A stretch of DNA of 63,780 nt, counting the filler, from Ministeria vibrans ATCC 50519 (Eukaryota > Protista > Filasterea), in assembly GCA_943704425.1 (NCBI GenBank). It is 7 parts of 7 records of this genome, joined end to end, with 100 filler letters (N's around TTAATTAATTAA, not from the genome) between each part and the next. Parts side by side here need not be neighbours in the genome. Positions count along the whole stretch, not along the records: positions 1 to 28,885 come from CALSCP010001103.1; positions 28,986 to 36,521 come from CALSCP010000027.1; 5 more parts are not named here. One strand, 5' to 3'. The notes beneath the pieces were generated by a model that saw only the letters and a program-made list of their open reading frames with translations, did no database searches and was not told the origin of the DNA. Of the stretch, positions 24,094-35,707 are shown piece by piece; positions within the stretch are counted from its first letter, which is position 1; each line of letters opens with the position of its first letter. The translations under genes were made by a program, and so were the position numbers.

Positions 24094-27000
24094 TCAGTCG
24101 GTGGTTGAGGTGTGCGCAGAGTGGCTGTGCGTGCGCGGCGAACGCACTTTGGAGGGTGTCCCGACGGGCGGAAGCACACTGATGGCAAGCGGATCGTCGG
24201 CGGCGTCGTCGAGCCAGCGGCTTTGAGCGCGGGGCAGAGGGCCCTGGTCCATGTCGAAGGAGTCGAGGTCCAGCGATGAGTCGTGGAGGTGTGACTCGCT
24301 GGACGCGAGACGCCGTAGACGCATGGCTGGAGACTCGCGCGGTGACGCACTCTCAAAGTGCAGCAGCTGCCCGCGCGGGTTGCTGAACAGGGACTCGTAC
24401 GAGACGGTTCCGTCCTGCGCGGACGACACTGCAAATTCCTCGTTGCTCTTCAACAGTCCCTCACTGCTCCCGTCCGGATCATCGCCAAACATCGATTCGC
24501 TGCTCAGGTGCCCTGACGACGCCTGCTCGTGCAGCTCGCGCTCCCGCTTGAACACGGCAACGTCCGCCATCATCATGTGCTCGCTGGGCGTCGCTCCAAT
24601 CTTTCGAGCGCCCCGCACAAGCTTGGGCGAGCTGTAGTCGTCAAAGGGCTGCTCACCCTCGTCAAACGAGTCAACATGAATGTCCAGAAGCTCTTGCAGT
24701 CGCAAAGACATAGACTTGCTCGACCCATGACTGCTATACTGGTTGTGCTGGGTGTGGAACTCGGGCTCGGACGACGACGTGATCGTAGCGTCGTTCAGAA
24801 TGAGGTGCTGCTCCCCACGCAGCGCCAGACTGGTGCTCGCGCGCTGCGACGTCGATTCGGTGGGCTTGCTCGCCAAGTTCTTGCTGTCGCTGCTACCACC
24901 GCTCTTGCGTGGATGCCAGCCGCGCCAAGACGGCCGCTCGCGACGGCGGCGCCGCCGCCAGTAGTCGCGCCAGTGGAGCACAAGTTGCTTGCGGATGCGG
25001 CGGGTGAGGCAGTAGGCGCAGAAGAGCCAGACGCCTTGAAGACCATTGAGAATGGCAAAAAGAAGCCAGAGCACGCGCGTGTCGGACGCAAGCGCAATAT
25101 AGGCAACCACCCAGGTGGCGCCGGTGGTCACGCCAAAGACAATGGTGGCGCGCAGGTGGCGGATGCGGTCGCTCGTGCCCGTCTTGGTCAGCTGCAGCCG
25201 CACAACGCGCGACTGGTGGAACACGCGGATACACATGCCCAGCGCAATAAGGTTGCACGCAAGTAGCAGCGCTACGGGAACCAAGAAGGCGTAGCGCAGT
25301 GCAGGTCCTGGTGCAAACCAACAGACCGTCTCGCTCGTCGTGCTCCCAACCAGCTGGTCCACTGCAATCACAATGCCCATCGGCACCAGCGGCACCAGCC
25401 ACACCGTCACTGACACCGCCAGTGTCCATCGCACCGACTTGGCCAGTCGCCCATGCGCAATTGAACGCCAGAGCAACAGTGCAATGACAAACATCCACAA
25501 AAATAGTGTCATCAGACTGTAGTAGAGTGCGACCTTGACCCCTTCGCACACCGATGGCCGATCCACTGCATCGCTTCCGCCCAGAAACAGCGCATTTACC
25601 AGAATGAGAGCAACGCTCAGCTGCATCACCATAATCATGGGCGTCGTGCGCAGCTTGGGAAGCAACAGGAAGACCACCACAAGCGCAACACACGCAACAA
25701 TCGACAGCGCCCCACACACTTGCGTAGTAATCTCAATCGCGCGTGTCAGCCCGTCGCTTCTCCGCTCGTAGTACACAGCCACATCGCTAAAGTGCCAAAT
25801 GTAGCCGGTGATAATACGTTCCGTCAGCATCGCCTGGTTCTCGGCTCGCTCCCACGCGCGGCCCTGCGCCCGATAATACAGCACAAAGTTGTACCCGTCA
25901 CGCACCGCACTCGCGTCCAGCTGCACCGTCAGCAGCACCGCCTTGAGGAAGGCCGTCGCGGGCCCCAGAACGTACACGGCCGACGCGCGGTACGGCAAAG
26001 GCTCTTCCGTAAGAGGCGGTGCAAGGGATGACGCGCGTCCAATGACCACGTCCAAGGACGCTGAGAGTGCGTCCGACGGAAACTCAAGCGACACATCACC
26101 GCCTTGCAGTGTTCCACCTAGTGTATCCACAGTCTTGGTTCCCAACTCAATAATCATGAGCACCTCGTCGCACAGCTCGCCCGTCCACAGACCCACACAG
26201 GCACACGTGTAACCGTTGACGTCGTCCACGCAGATGCCGTCGTTGACGCACGGCGATGACGCACACTCGTCCACATTCTCGAGGCACGTCGCGCCTACAA
26301 AGCCGGTCGCACACACACAGTCGAAGACCAGGCCATGTCCTTGGCTACACGTGCCGCCATTGGCACACGGCGTTGACGCGCATGCGTCAATGAATTGCTC
26401 GCAAAGGGTGCCGGTCCAGCCCGCGCTACAGCCACAGGTGAATCCATCGAGAGCATCGCGACAGAGACCGCCGTTGCGACAGGGCGACGACACGCACTCG
26501 TTTACGTCCACCTCGCACAGCGAGCCGGTGTGCGACTGAGGACACTCGCAGCGAAACGACGCCACTTCGTCAAGGCAAGTAGCACCGTTGAGACACGGCT
26601 TGGATGCGCATTCGTTGTCGTTCACGTCGCACACATCGCCACTCCAGCCTACACTGCACACGCACGTGTACCCCGCCGCCCCGTCGGTGCAGTGTCCTCC
26701 ATTGGCACACGGCAAAGACGCACACTCGTCGATGATCGCGTTGCAGAGCACGCCAGTGAAGCCATCGTGGCAAGCACAGGTAAACCCATCGGCATGGTCC
26801 GTACACGAGCCACCTTGCTGACACGGCAAACTCGCACACTCGTTCATCATCTCGTCGCATTGCACGCCCGTGAAGCCACTGCGACAGTCGCACTCAAAAC
26901 TATTCACCTTGTCCACGCAGACACCGCCATTGTGGCATGGCACACTCAAGCACTCGTCAATGTCCACCTCACACACCGATCCCGTGTAGCCCGACAAGCA

Positions 27001-28885
27001 CACGCAGTCAAAAGCACCCGCTCTATCCATGCAAGTTGCTCCGTTGCGGCACGGCACAGACGCACACTCATCAATCGCTTGCTCGCACAGCATCCCGGTC
27101 CATCCCGCAACACACGCACAGCGAAAGCCAGTCGGAAGCCCCTCGCACACTCCGCCATTCTGGCACGGCGACGAATGACAGTGCACTAGACTCAGACACG
27201 TCGCGCCAGAGAATCCGGCCGGACACTCGCATGTAAACCCATCCACTGCGTCCGTACAACTGCCGCCATTGGCACACGGTGCTGAAGCGCACTCGTCAAT
27301 GTCCACACTACACAGTGTGCCCGTCCATCCCGCAGAGCAATCGCATCCAAACCCATTGACGGCATCCACGCACACGCCATGAGCCCCACACGGCTGCGAC
27401 GCGCACTCGTTGATGTCAGCGCCGCACAACAACCCCGTGTATCCAGCGGCGCACACGCACGTGTAAGCATCTACATCGTCAACGCACGAGGCGCCATGGC
27501 GACACGGCCCAGACGCACACTCGTCAATAGCCTGTTCACAATGTGTACCCGTCCAGCCGGCGACGCATGAACACTCAAAGCCAGTCGCAAGACTCGTGCA
27601 TCCCGCACCATTCTGGCAGGGCGACGAGTCACACTGTATCAACGTCAAGCAAGTCGCTCCCGAGAACCCCGCGGCGCACACGCACACAAACCCGTCCACA
27701 TCATTGCGACAACTGCCGCCATGCGCACACGGCGTGGAGGCACACTCGTCAATGTCCACACTGCACAATGCGCCAGTCCATCCTGCCGAGCACACACATT
27801 CAAAATGGTTCACAGCGTCCACGCAGGCACCGTGCGTGCCACACGGCTGCGAAGCGCACTCGTTGATATCAACATCGCACATGAGGCCTGTGTAGCCAGC
27901 GGTACAGACACACGAAAATGTATCTACACTATCCATGCAGGTTGCTCCGTTGCGGCAAGGCGCAGACGCACACTCATCAATCGCTTGTTCACACTGCGCA
28001 CCTGTCCAGCCGGCAACACACGAGCATTCAAATCCGCTCAAAAGGCTTGCACATGCACCGCCATTCTGACAGGGAGACGAGTGGCAGTGTACAAATCCAA
28101 GACAGCGAGCACCCGAGAATCCGGCCGGACACTCGCATGTAAACCCATCCACTGCGTCCGTACAACTGCCGCCATTGGCACACGGTGCTGAAGCGCATTC
28201 GTCAATGTCCACACTACACAGTGTGCCCGTCCATCCCGCAGAGCAATCGCATCCAAACCCATTGACGGCATCCACGCACACGCCATGAGCCCCACACGGC
28301 TGCGACGCGCACTCGTTCATATCCACCTCGCACAGCAACCCCGTGTATCCAGCGGCGCACACGCACGTGTAAGCATCTACATCGTCAACGCACGAGGCGC
28401 CATGGCGACACGGCCCAGACGCACACTCGTCAATAGCCTGTTCACAATGTGTACCCGTCCAGCCGGCGACGCATGAACACTCAAAGCCAGTCGCAAGACT
28501 CGTGCATCCCGCACCATTCTGGCAGGGCGACGAGTCACACTGTATCAACGTCAAACAAGTCGCTCCCGAGAACCCCGCGGCGCACACGCACACAAACCCG
28601 TCGACATCATTGCGACAACTGCCGCCATGCGCACACGGCGTGGAGGCACACTCGTCAATGTCCACACTGCACAATGCGCCAGTCCATCCTGCCGAGCACA
28701 CACATTCAAAATGGTTCACAGCGTCCACGCAGACACCGTGCGTGCCACACGGCTGCGAAGCGCACTCGTCAATGTTCACCTCACACACCGATCCCGTGTA
28801 GCCCGACAAGCACACGCAGTCAAAAGCACCCGCTCTATCCATGCAAGTTGCTCCGTTGCGGCACGGCACAGACGCACACTCATCA
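24094..28885 (-). CDS. Adhesion-type 7TM receptor: at least 24 EGF repeats, ZU5-like domain with HFS motif, family-B-like 7TM, Ser-rich tail (5'-truncated at gap)
   Basis: Uninterrupted ORF with 24 countable EGF units, many of calcium-binding type (DIDEC/DVNEC). Then GGTLQGGDVSLEFPSDAL...IWHFSDVAVY, followed by seven hydrophobic helices with adhesion/secretin-class marks (C at the top of TM3, LFLWM, ECL2 CW, AFLVPVALL, FAILNGLQGVWLF). Confidence 0.88.
26960..28885. repeat. Coding tandem array with 453/906/1812-bp periodicity (4-, 8- and 16-EGF blocks)
   Basis: Near-identical sequence at a 906-bp offset (27596 vs 28502) and at an 1812-bp offset (EGF1 vs EGF17). Every fourth EGF is a shorter non-calcium type. 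Confidence 0.9.
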
Positions 28886-28985
28886 NNNNNNNNNNNNNNN
28901 NNNNNNNNNNNNNNNNNNNNNNNNNNNNNTTAATTAATTAANNNNNNNNNNNNNNNNNNNNNNNNNNNNNNNNNNNNNNNNNNNN
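28886..28985. other. Artificial contig spacer N44-TTAATTAATTAA-N44 (also 36522-36621, 50633-50732, 52427-52526, 59524-59623, 62389-62488)
   Basis: An identical 100-bp construct appears six times; the 12-mer gives stops in all six frames. Confidence 0.97.
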
Positions 28986-29325
28986 ATAAAAATAAAAGCC
29001 AATTTATTTTACTCAGTGCCCTTGGGAGGACCAATTTACTCTTTTATTTTTACTACCCTGGTCAAAACACTTTACATAGTAATTTGGAGCCTTAGATCAA
29101 AGATCTGAAATATGAGGAACCTGCAGCGACATCGTGAAAATAATACAATGTTCCTTTGAAGCGTTGAATAAAAAACAAACGACGTTCTTTTCGAAGTCAG
29201 TTATGCGTACAGGGAATCATCGACATTCGACATTTTTATCTTCCGTTTCTTCTTCTGCTTTTCGGGGGTTACTCTGGCACACGTGATTTGTGAATCGTGT
29301 GAATTGTTACATCACTCTATGTAAT

Positions 29326-30187
29326 ATGACGGCTGAGGAATGGATGCAAAAAGATTTCCGCATCGAAGGACGCAACATCATCGTTCGCTCTCCCTGCGAC
29401 ACGGACGACGAGGCTTGGACTGCCTTGTTCAACTCAAAGGAAGCAGTTGCTCACCTGCCACACCTGTGGAAGGTGGAAGGCGGTGGAGGCTGGACAATGT
29501 CAGAACAAAAGAAGCCGATTTTCACTGTGTAAAATCCTTTTCGGTTTTCTTCTTTTTTTCTCCAGTGAAGATAGTCGCGCCAAGCGCTTGGAGCGTGTTC
29601 AGAACCAACGCGAGAGGGGATCCTCATTGCAGTTTATGATTGAGTGGAAGGAGACCGGTGAAATGATTGGTGTGACCGGTTTCACGTTTGTCTCCACAAC
29701 AACAGCAGCCAGTGGCGAGACGGAGCGCGTGGGGTGGCACGGGATCATGATTCTCCCGTCGCATTGGCGAAGAGTATGTACAAATGGACGTACGAGAGAC
29801 GCATTTCGACACATGCCCACAGACTACGCACCCCTACACACACTTCATACACAAGTCGCACACTCTGTATCGCCATAGTGACTCATTTCCTTTTCTTCTT
29901 CGTTTGATTTTGTTATGCAGGGTGTTTGTCTTGAAGCTCACTTGTTGTCGATGGCAGCTGGGTTTGAAGAGGCAAATATGACGTGCATTTGTACACTGAC
30001 AAACTTTGGGAATGCACCCATGAAAGCGTTCTTCGACCGCTTTGCGTTTGGCCCCGCCCTGCAAAGGCCCTTGAGCGAAGCAGAAGGAGCTCACGGCGAT
30101 GCCTTTGAGTATACTGTGTCGCGCGAGAAATGGACATCGCTGGTGCAACCTGCTCTGTTAAATACTTTCAAGGATAATACACAATAA
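29326..30187 (+). CDS. GNAT acetyltransferase, RimJ/RimL-like, 3 exons
   Basis: FRIEGRNIIVRSPCDTDDEAW...FMIEWKETGEMIGVTGF...GWHGIMILPSHWRR|GVCLEA...TNFGNAPMKAFFDRFAF shows GNAT motif A (HWRRG) and motif B (N..M..F). Confidence 0.75.
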
Positions 30188-30248
30188 TTAGTATATGGAT
30201 ATATGTCCCAAATGCTTGGTGCCGCTCACTGATGCGTAGAGGGACCGG

Positions 30249-30717
30249 CTACTGTTCAACGGGTTCGCTGACAGACACGCCATGCGCTGTTGGGGCTTCC
30301 TCGACGACGGGTAGACGGTGATAGCGCCAGGCGAGCATGCCCCACCGCAACTCACTCGCGTCAATGCCTTTACGCTGCAAGAGACGCACAGCCGGAGGCG
30401 AGCGATGGGCACTCAGACACACACATACTACGGGTGCGCCATTCGCAATCTATAATAGAGTTCAACCGAATGAGAAAAACCAAGCAAGGGGACTCCCTCT
30501 CCTCTTTGCCTCGTACCCGAATCACATCACCGATGCGACGGCGAAATTCCGTGATAGGCATGTGAATAGCCCCGTCAATGTGACCTGCCCGATATTCGTC
30601 AGTGCGGCGCACATCGACGACGAGTGGCGGAGGACTGGCAGACTGAAGTTGCTCGTACAGTCTCGAGGCAGGGGTGTTGCGCACACAGCCGCCGGGCCAC
30701 CACCAGCAACACGCCAT
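30249..30717 (-). CDS. Single-domain rhodanese (sulfurtransferase), 2 exons
   Basis: LVVDVRRTDEYRAGHIDGAIHMP followed, after splicing, by IANGAPVVCVCLSAHRSPPAVRLL...LRWGMLAW. Catalytic loop CLSAHR; stop 30249-30251. Confidence 0.85.
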
Positions 30718-31340
30718 TCGGTAGTTGTCAGTTGTCGCTCGACACAGGCGATACGAGTCCTGAGAATTGAGATAGAGAATAGAAAATAATATAATGATAA
30801 TAATAATAACAATTCTAATGTCCTGGGTTCTAGATTTCTAGAGATCAGAGAATCACAGACGAACCCCCAAAAAATAGAGCGCCCATAGACCCATAAATAC
30901 GCTGTCAGCCTGTCACATCAGTGACGTCCCTCGTCAGTGAAAAGGCGTCGCGGTCGGCGTCACAGCGGGCGTGCGAAGGGAATAATACTTTTGCAAAATG
31001 CTGCTGACTGCAAACACCCGACAGCACGCCAGAAGAGAAAGGGATGCCCAATTCGACATTCGTATTATTCTTTCTTGGATTACTGCTTGTAGAGAATATA
31101 GTTATAGAGACCAACCGATTATTACTTATTACCGATAACGAATTTATAATAGAAAAATGTGAATGAGAAAGGGCAACAAGCAATCAGTCTTTGTCAAAGA
31201 AACGTCAAGAAACGACTCAAACTTTCGGCAAACACAAATAGTACAATAATATTATAATAATTATATTTTTAACTATGAATAAACTTAAATAATTTATTAT
31301 TATTATTATTATTATTTTTATGTACAAAAAGTATGAAAGG

Positions 31341-33137
31341 TTAAACGAAAAAGTCGGGTCTCCCAACTTTTTTTGCAATATCACGGGGAGTTTCATGGCT
31401 GGCGTTTGCAAGATGGGTGTTGGCACCACGCTCGACCAGTAACTTGGCAACGTCCCAGTGCTGACTGCGCAGTGCAATGTGCTACAAAGACAAGTTGGTA
31501 AAATACGGTGTCGCTCTGGAGACAGGCCAGTCATTACCAGTGCTGTGTTTCCAATAATGGTCTGCTGGTCCACATCGGCAAGGTGGTTTAACAAGAACTC
31601 GACTATATAGCAAGAGAAGAAAAAAGCGTTAGAAAAGAGAAGAGAAAGATGGGAAACACAATCGAAAAAGAACACAGTGAATGAGGGAGAGAATGGAGAA
31701 AAAGTCAAAGAAACAGGGAGAGGAGGGAGCAAAACGGCTTTAAAAAGAAATAAACCAAGTTAGAGGAAGGGTGAATGAGAGAGAAAAGGAGAAAAAAATG
31801 TAAGAAACAGGGGGAGAAGGGAGCAAAACGGCTTTAAAAAGAAATAGACCAAGTTAGAGGAAGAGTGGATGAGAGAGAAAAAGGAGAAAGAGTGAAAGAA
31901 ACAGAGAGATGGGAGGGAGAAAGAAACAAAACAGATTTGAAAAAGAGAAAGACGAAAGTAAGAGGAAAGAAAGGGAAAGACGAAAAGAAGATTAACGAGA
32001 AAGAAATAGAGAGGGGGAAAGAATAAAGTCATAAAGGGGAAGAAGAAAAATTCACGCACCCATGCTGATGTTGCCGACACTGGCCGCCTGAAAAAACGAG
32101 AAAATCCGAGGGCGAAGAAGTGAGCAAGGAAAAACAACCGACAATGCGAGAGAATACAAGGTTGAACTCAAAAGACATACAATACCTGGATGAGAGTGGA
32201 TGAGCCAAAGGAGTCGGGGAGGAAGTGGATGTTGATGCCCTGGCGCTGCATGCACTGCATCTCCTCGCGCATGCCCGTCTTGCTGACCTTGAGCAGTCGC
32301 TCCAGCTCAGACAGTGTCGTGGGTCCGTACAGTCCCTGGCACACCTTCTCTGCCTCCTCCTCCGTCTTTCCTTGCTTTAGTAGTTTCCGCATGGCTGCGT
32401 CACGAATGATTTTTTGGCCTGTGCACGAAAATTGAAAACGTAACATAGGTCAGCGAGAAGAATAAAAAAGACAATGACGACGAACCTTCGTCGCTTGTGC
32501 GAATGATGGAGAGGTTGTGGTTGCATACAGCCATAAAGGCATCGCGATCCTCGCTGGTGGAAAACGACAGGTAGAAGGTACGCGTGGGCTTCTTGACGTT
32601 GCCGGACCACTCCATGTTCCGCAGCTCCATTAGATTTGGCCGGTCAGGCAACACCTGAGAGAAACAACAAGAAGAGGTACAAAATGAGTCTTCCCGGACT
32701 TTGAAAGTGAACGGCTGATAGTAGAATTGCAAAGGAATCGTGAGAGAGCAAGACAGTGAAGTGGGTGTGTGACGGGAGAGGGTTTCGAATTGGACCTTGA
32801 TGTCTTCTTCACGGCAGTGCTCGGTGGCATTCGCTTGCATGTAGGTGACTTGGGCGAATGCTTCGTGTACGGAGCTCATGACACCCAGCCGCATCTCTCC
32901 CTTGGCGCTTTTCCTTGCACTGAACGCAGACTGGTCCTTGTAGTATCGAACGTATCGCCCGTCGATCGAAAACCTGCAAACCCATAAGTGAAGAATCCGG
33001 TGAGTCGTTGCGCGCGCATCAATCAGCAACTCCCGCTTACCATCTTTGTTTCCACGATTGCGTTCTGTAGCCTGTCAAACCAAGGAAAGTGCGGCGCGTG
33101 AGGGAGAGACAGACAGAGAGATGAGAGTAAGAAAGAG

Positions 33138-33187
<50 letters not shown>

Positions 33188-33479
33188 TACCCATTTTGCC
33201 GGCAGCGCACTCATGTGCCTTGAAATCCAAAGGAATGCAGTCGTAGATGGCAGATTTGTTACCCTCGGAGAAGTGTGAAGTGGGCACAACGTCTCCATCG
33301 GCGTTTTTCTTGGAGGGAACGATGATGGAGTACTCGACGGACTTGACGGACTTTCGAGCGGGCGCCGGAGGGGCCTGCGCGGCTTGTGGCGGCCCAAAGT
33401 TCACAGGGTTCACGGCGGTGTACTGTACACTGGACGTCGCGGTCGACGACGATGTTTTGAAATTCAAGGCGTCAGCCAT
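31341..33479 (-). CDS. PH-like domain plus ankyrin-repeat protein, multi-exon
   Basis: PH-like FSIDGRYVRYYKDQ...KGEMRL and RTFYLSFSTSEDRDAFM. Ankyrin-like AASVGNISM|VEFLLNHLADVDQQTIIGNT and HWDVAKLLVERGANTHLANASHETPRDIAKK. Confidence 0.65.
31700..31870. repeat. Intronic direct duplication, ~95-bp period
   Basis: GAAACAGGG...GGGAGCAAAACGGCTTTAAAAAGAAATA(A/G)ACCAAGTTAGAGGAAG occurs twice (~31710 and ~31804). Confidence 0.85.
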
Positions 33480-33740
33480 GGCCCAATCAGAAAAATATTG
33501 TATATAAGATATTAATTGAGACAATTCATGCTGATCGTTCGCAAAGACCAAAGTTAAAACAATCATTTTCCAATCATTATATCATTTATATGGTTGGGTT
33601 TTGGAATTAGTCAACGTCTCAACTCTCAACGAGACTACGACATTTACAAGAAGTCGAGAACAAACCCATAAGAAGTTATTAAGAACCCAGATATCAGAAT
33701 AGGTTGGTCAATATACTCAGTTTTTATAATTAATACAAGT

Positions 33741-35369
33741 TTACAACACTGGAGGTGCGCTGATCGGGGTGTCGTCATATCGCGAGGGTGCCGAGGTCGT
33801 ATGGATTGGAGGGGGCTTGTTTTCGGCCACTTTCAGTGCAATCCAATACAAGAGAGCATCTGTGAGACAAAAAATAAGAGTAAAAAGCGGAATAGAATGA
33901 GCAAGGAGAGACTGATCACAAAAGACTGGTCAAGGGATTCAAAGTGAAAGAAATCACAAACGTAATTCGTACCAACGACAAACAGAATGGCGGCAGCAAA
34001 ATTAATCTTCTCACACACTAGCAACTCGTCGGGATCGTCAAAGAAGTGACAGACATAGCTATCGACAAAGTAGAGTCCACTACCGACAACGAAGAGCCAA
34101 TCCCCCCAGCCAGAGTAGTCAATGCGCCTGCACAAGAAGACAGAGCAAACCAGCATGAGAGACAGACAATAAACAATTCCACAGAACACACAATTGTACC
34201 TCCAATGCTGCGTGAAGTCGAACATGAAGACTTGATCAGGCCCATTGCCAGCAATGAGTTTGAGGCGCAGCCAGGCCATCACGTACAGGAATGAGTCCAC
34301 CACAAATATACCCGTCGAGACCTTGTCCAGTAGCCAGTATTCGTCCTCCAACTCATATGCCCACCAGCCCATGCACGCCAACGACACGTAACCAATAGAG
34401 CCTAACATGAAAAATATATGTCTACACCCAAAAATAAACAAGCGTTAATTCCGTATACAGGGTTGGGTAACCCCTCCGCGCCCCTTACCCAAGCAGCGAC
34501 CAGTCGACTTTGCCAAGAGCGTGCACCAACTTGGGATGGTTGCAAAACTCCATCTCCGTCGTAGTGGGTGAGAGCGACATGCCGTCGGCCGAGTCGTCGC
34601 GTGACAGTAATCGTTGACGTTCCGTCTCCCGAGCCAACTCTCGATCGGTGTACCAGCCAACCATGTACAGGAGAGGATCCAATAGGAAACAGACAGCAGC
34701 CGAAAATTCAATTACAAAACAATGGAAGGCATAATCGTCGTACGCGACCCAACTAGCAGTGAGAGTGGGATGAGAAGAAGGCGCGACGACGACAATGGCA
34801 ACGTACCACATTACTCCCGTGACAAGGTACAAAATGGATCCGACTAAGAAGAGGGTGTTCGCCCACCAGTCCCAGTACACTCGGCGATAGTCACAGGCAA
34901 ACAGGAACTTAGAATGCGAAGAAGCGGGCACTGCAGCGGACGAAAGTAAGATGAGCGCTGACTCTGCCACATTTGCCAGCCCCAAAAGTAACACTCTTTC
35001 CGCCCCCGACGACGCCGCTCCCATCCCATTCAGCAAACAGCACAAACTGGCAACGGATGGGACAGGGGGGAGCACCAGCTGCCATCCAGACAGGGAAATT
35101 CAAGCAGTTTTCCCACAGAGACGTGTTTTTTTTTTTCCTTCCTCAGGTCACTACGATTCTTACTGGGAAAGTCAAGAGCGCTTCTCGACGAGGTGCTCAG
35201 CGACCGTCGTCGTTTGGGACGGTAGGCCATCTCCGCAGACTCCACATCCAAGTCGTCATAGTGGCTGGAGCCAACAAAGTCACGCGATCTGACCACAAAA
35301 CCAAACAACGTTCAGCAAGACGCACAAGAGAAACCAAACATAGTCTTACACCGTCCCATATGACGCCAT
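33741..35369 (-). CDS. Multi-pass membrane protein with three internal helical-hairpin repeats (YrhK-like)
   Basis: Repeated F-x-x-G-S-x-x-Y ... F-x-x-D-x-x-L-Y motif pairs in three exon groups. Start at 35369 is inferred; stop 33741-33743. Confidence 0.6.
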
Positions 35370-35707
35370 AGGAATGGATACACTGATCCACTGACACACC
35401 AGCCAAGATTAGGTCTCAATGTAAAATGTGTGACTACTTAGTCACTAGCACTACTCGGCACTAGCTAGCGTCTTTAAAAAAAACAGTCGCAGACTGTATG
35501 TAGTCTGTTTCAGTCGTCAGAGAACAGAGAGTGCCCATGCAAGACTTGTGACTTGTGAGTGGTGTGTCTATGTCAGTTGTGAGGTATCACTTGTCACTGA
35601 CACACTGAGACTGACTTGAACTTCACTTTCCTTTGATCTGCGTTATGACTGATGACTTCAATACTCACTTCATTTTTATTGGCTGATTCTGCCTCGCCCG
35701 CTGTGCA

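Noticed and set aside
23490-28885. Phoenixin-like precursor next to a GPCR as a ligand-receptor pair
   Set aside because: Adjacency alone in a compact genome is weak evidence. The receptor is adhesion-type, and the peptide lacks a secretion signal and an amidation site.
24094-28885. Notch or Delta/Jagged ortholog
   Set aside because: No LNR, ankyrin or DSL domains are visible; the EGF array leads into a seven-helix region.
28930-28941. TTAATTAATTAA palindrome recurring six times, resembling a TTAA target site or regulatory motif
   Set aside because: Always centred in an identical 100-bp N block; it is an assembly spacer.
30915-30940. CUGACGA hammerhead-like core on the minus strand
   Set aside because: No matching GAAA strand or stem arrangement nearby.
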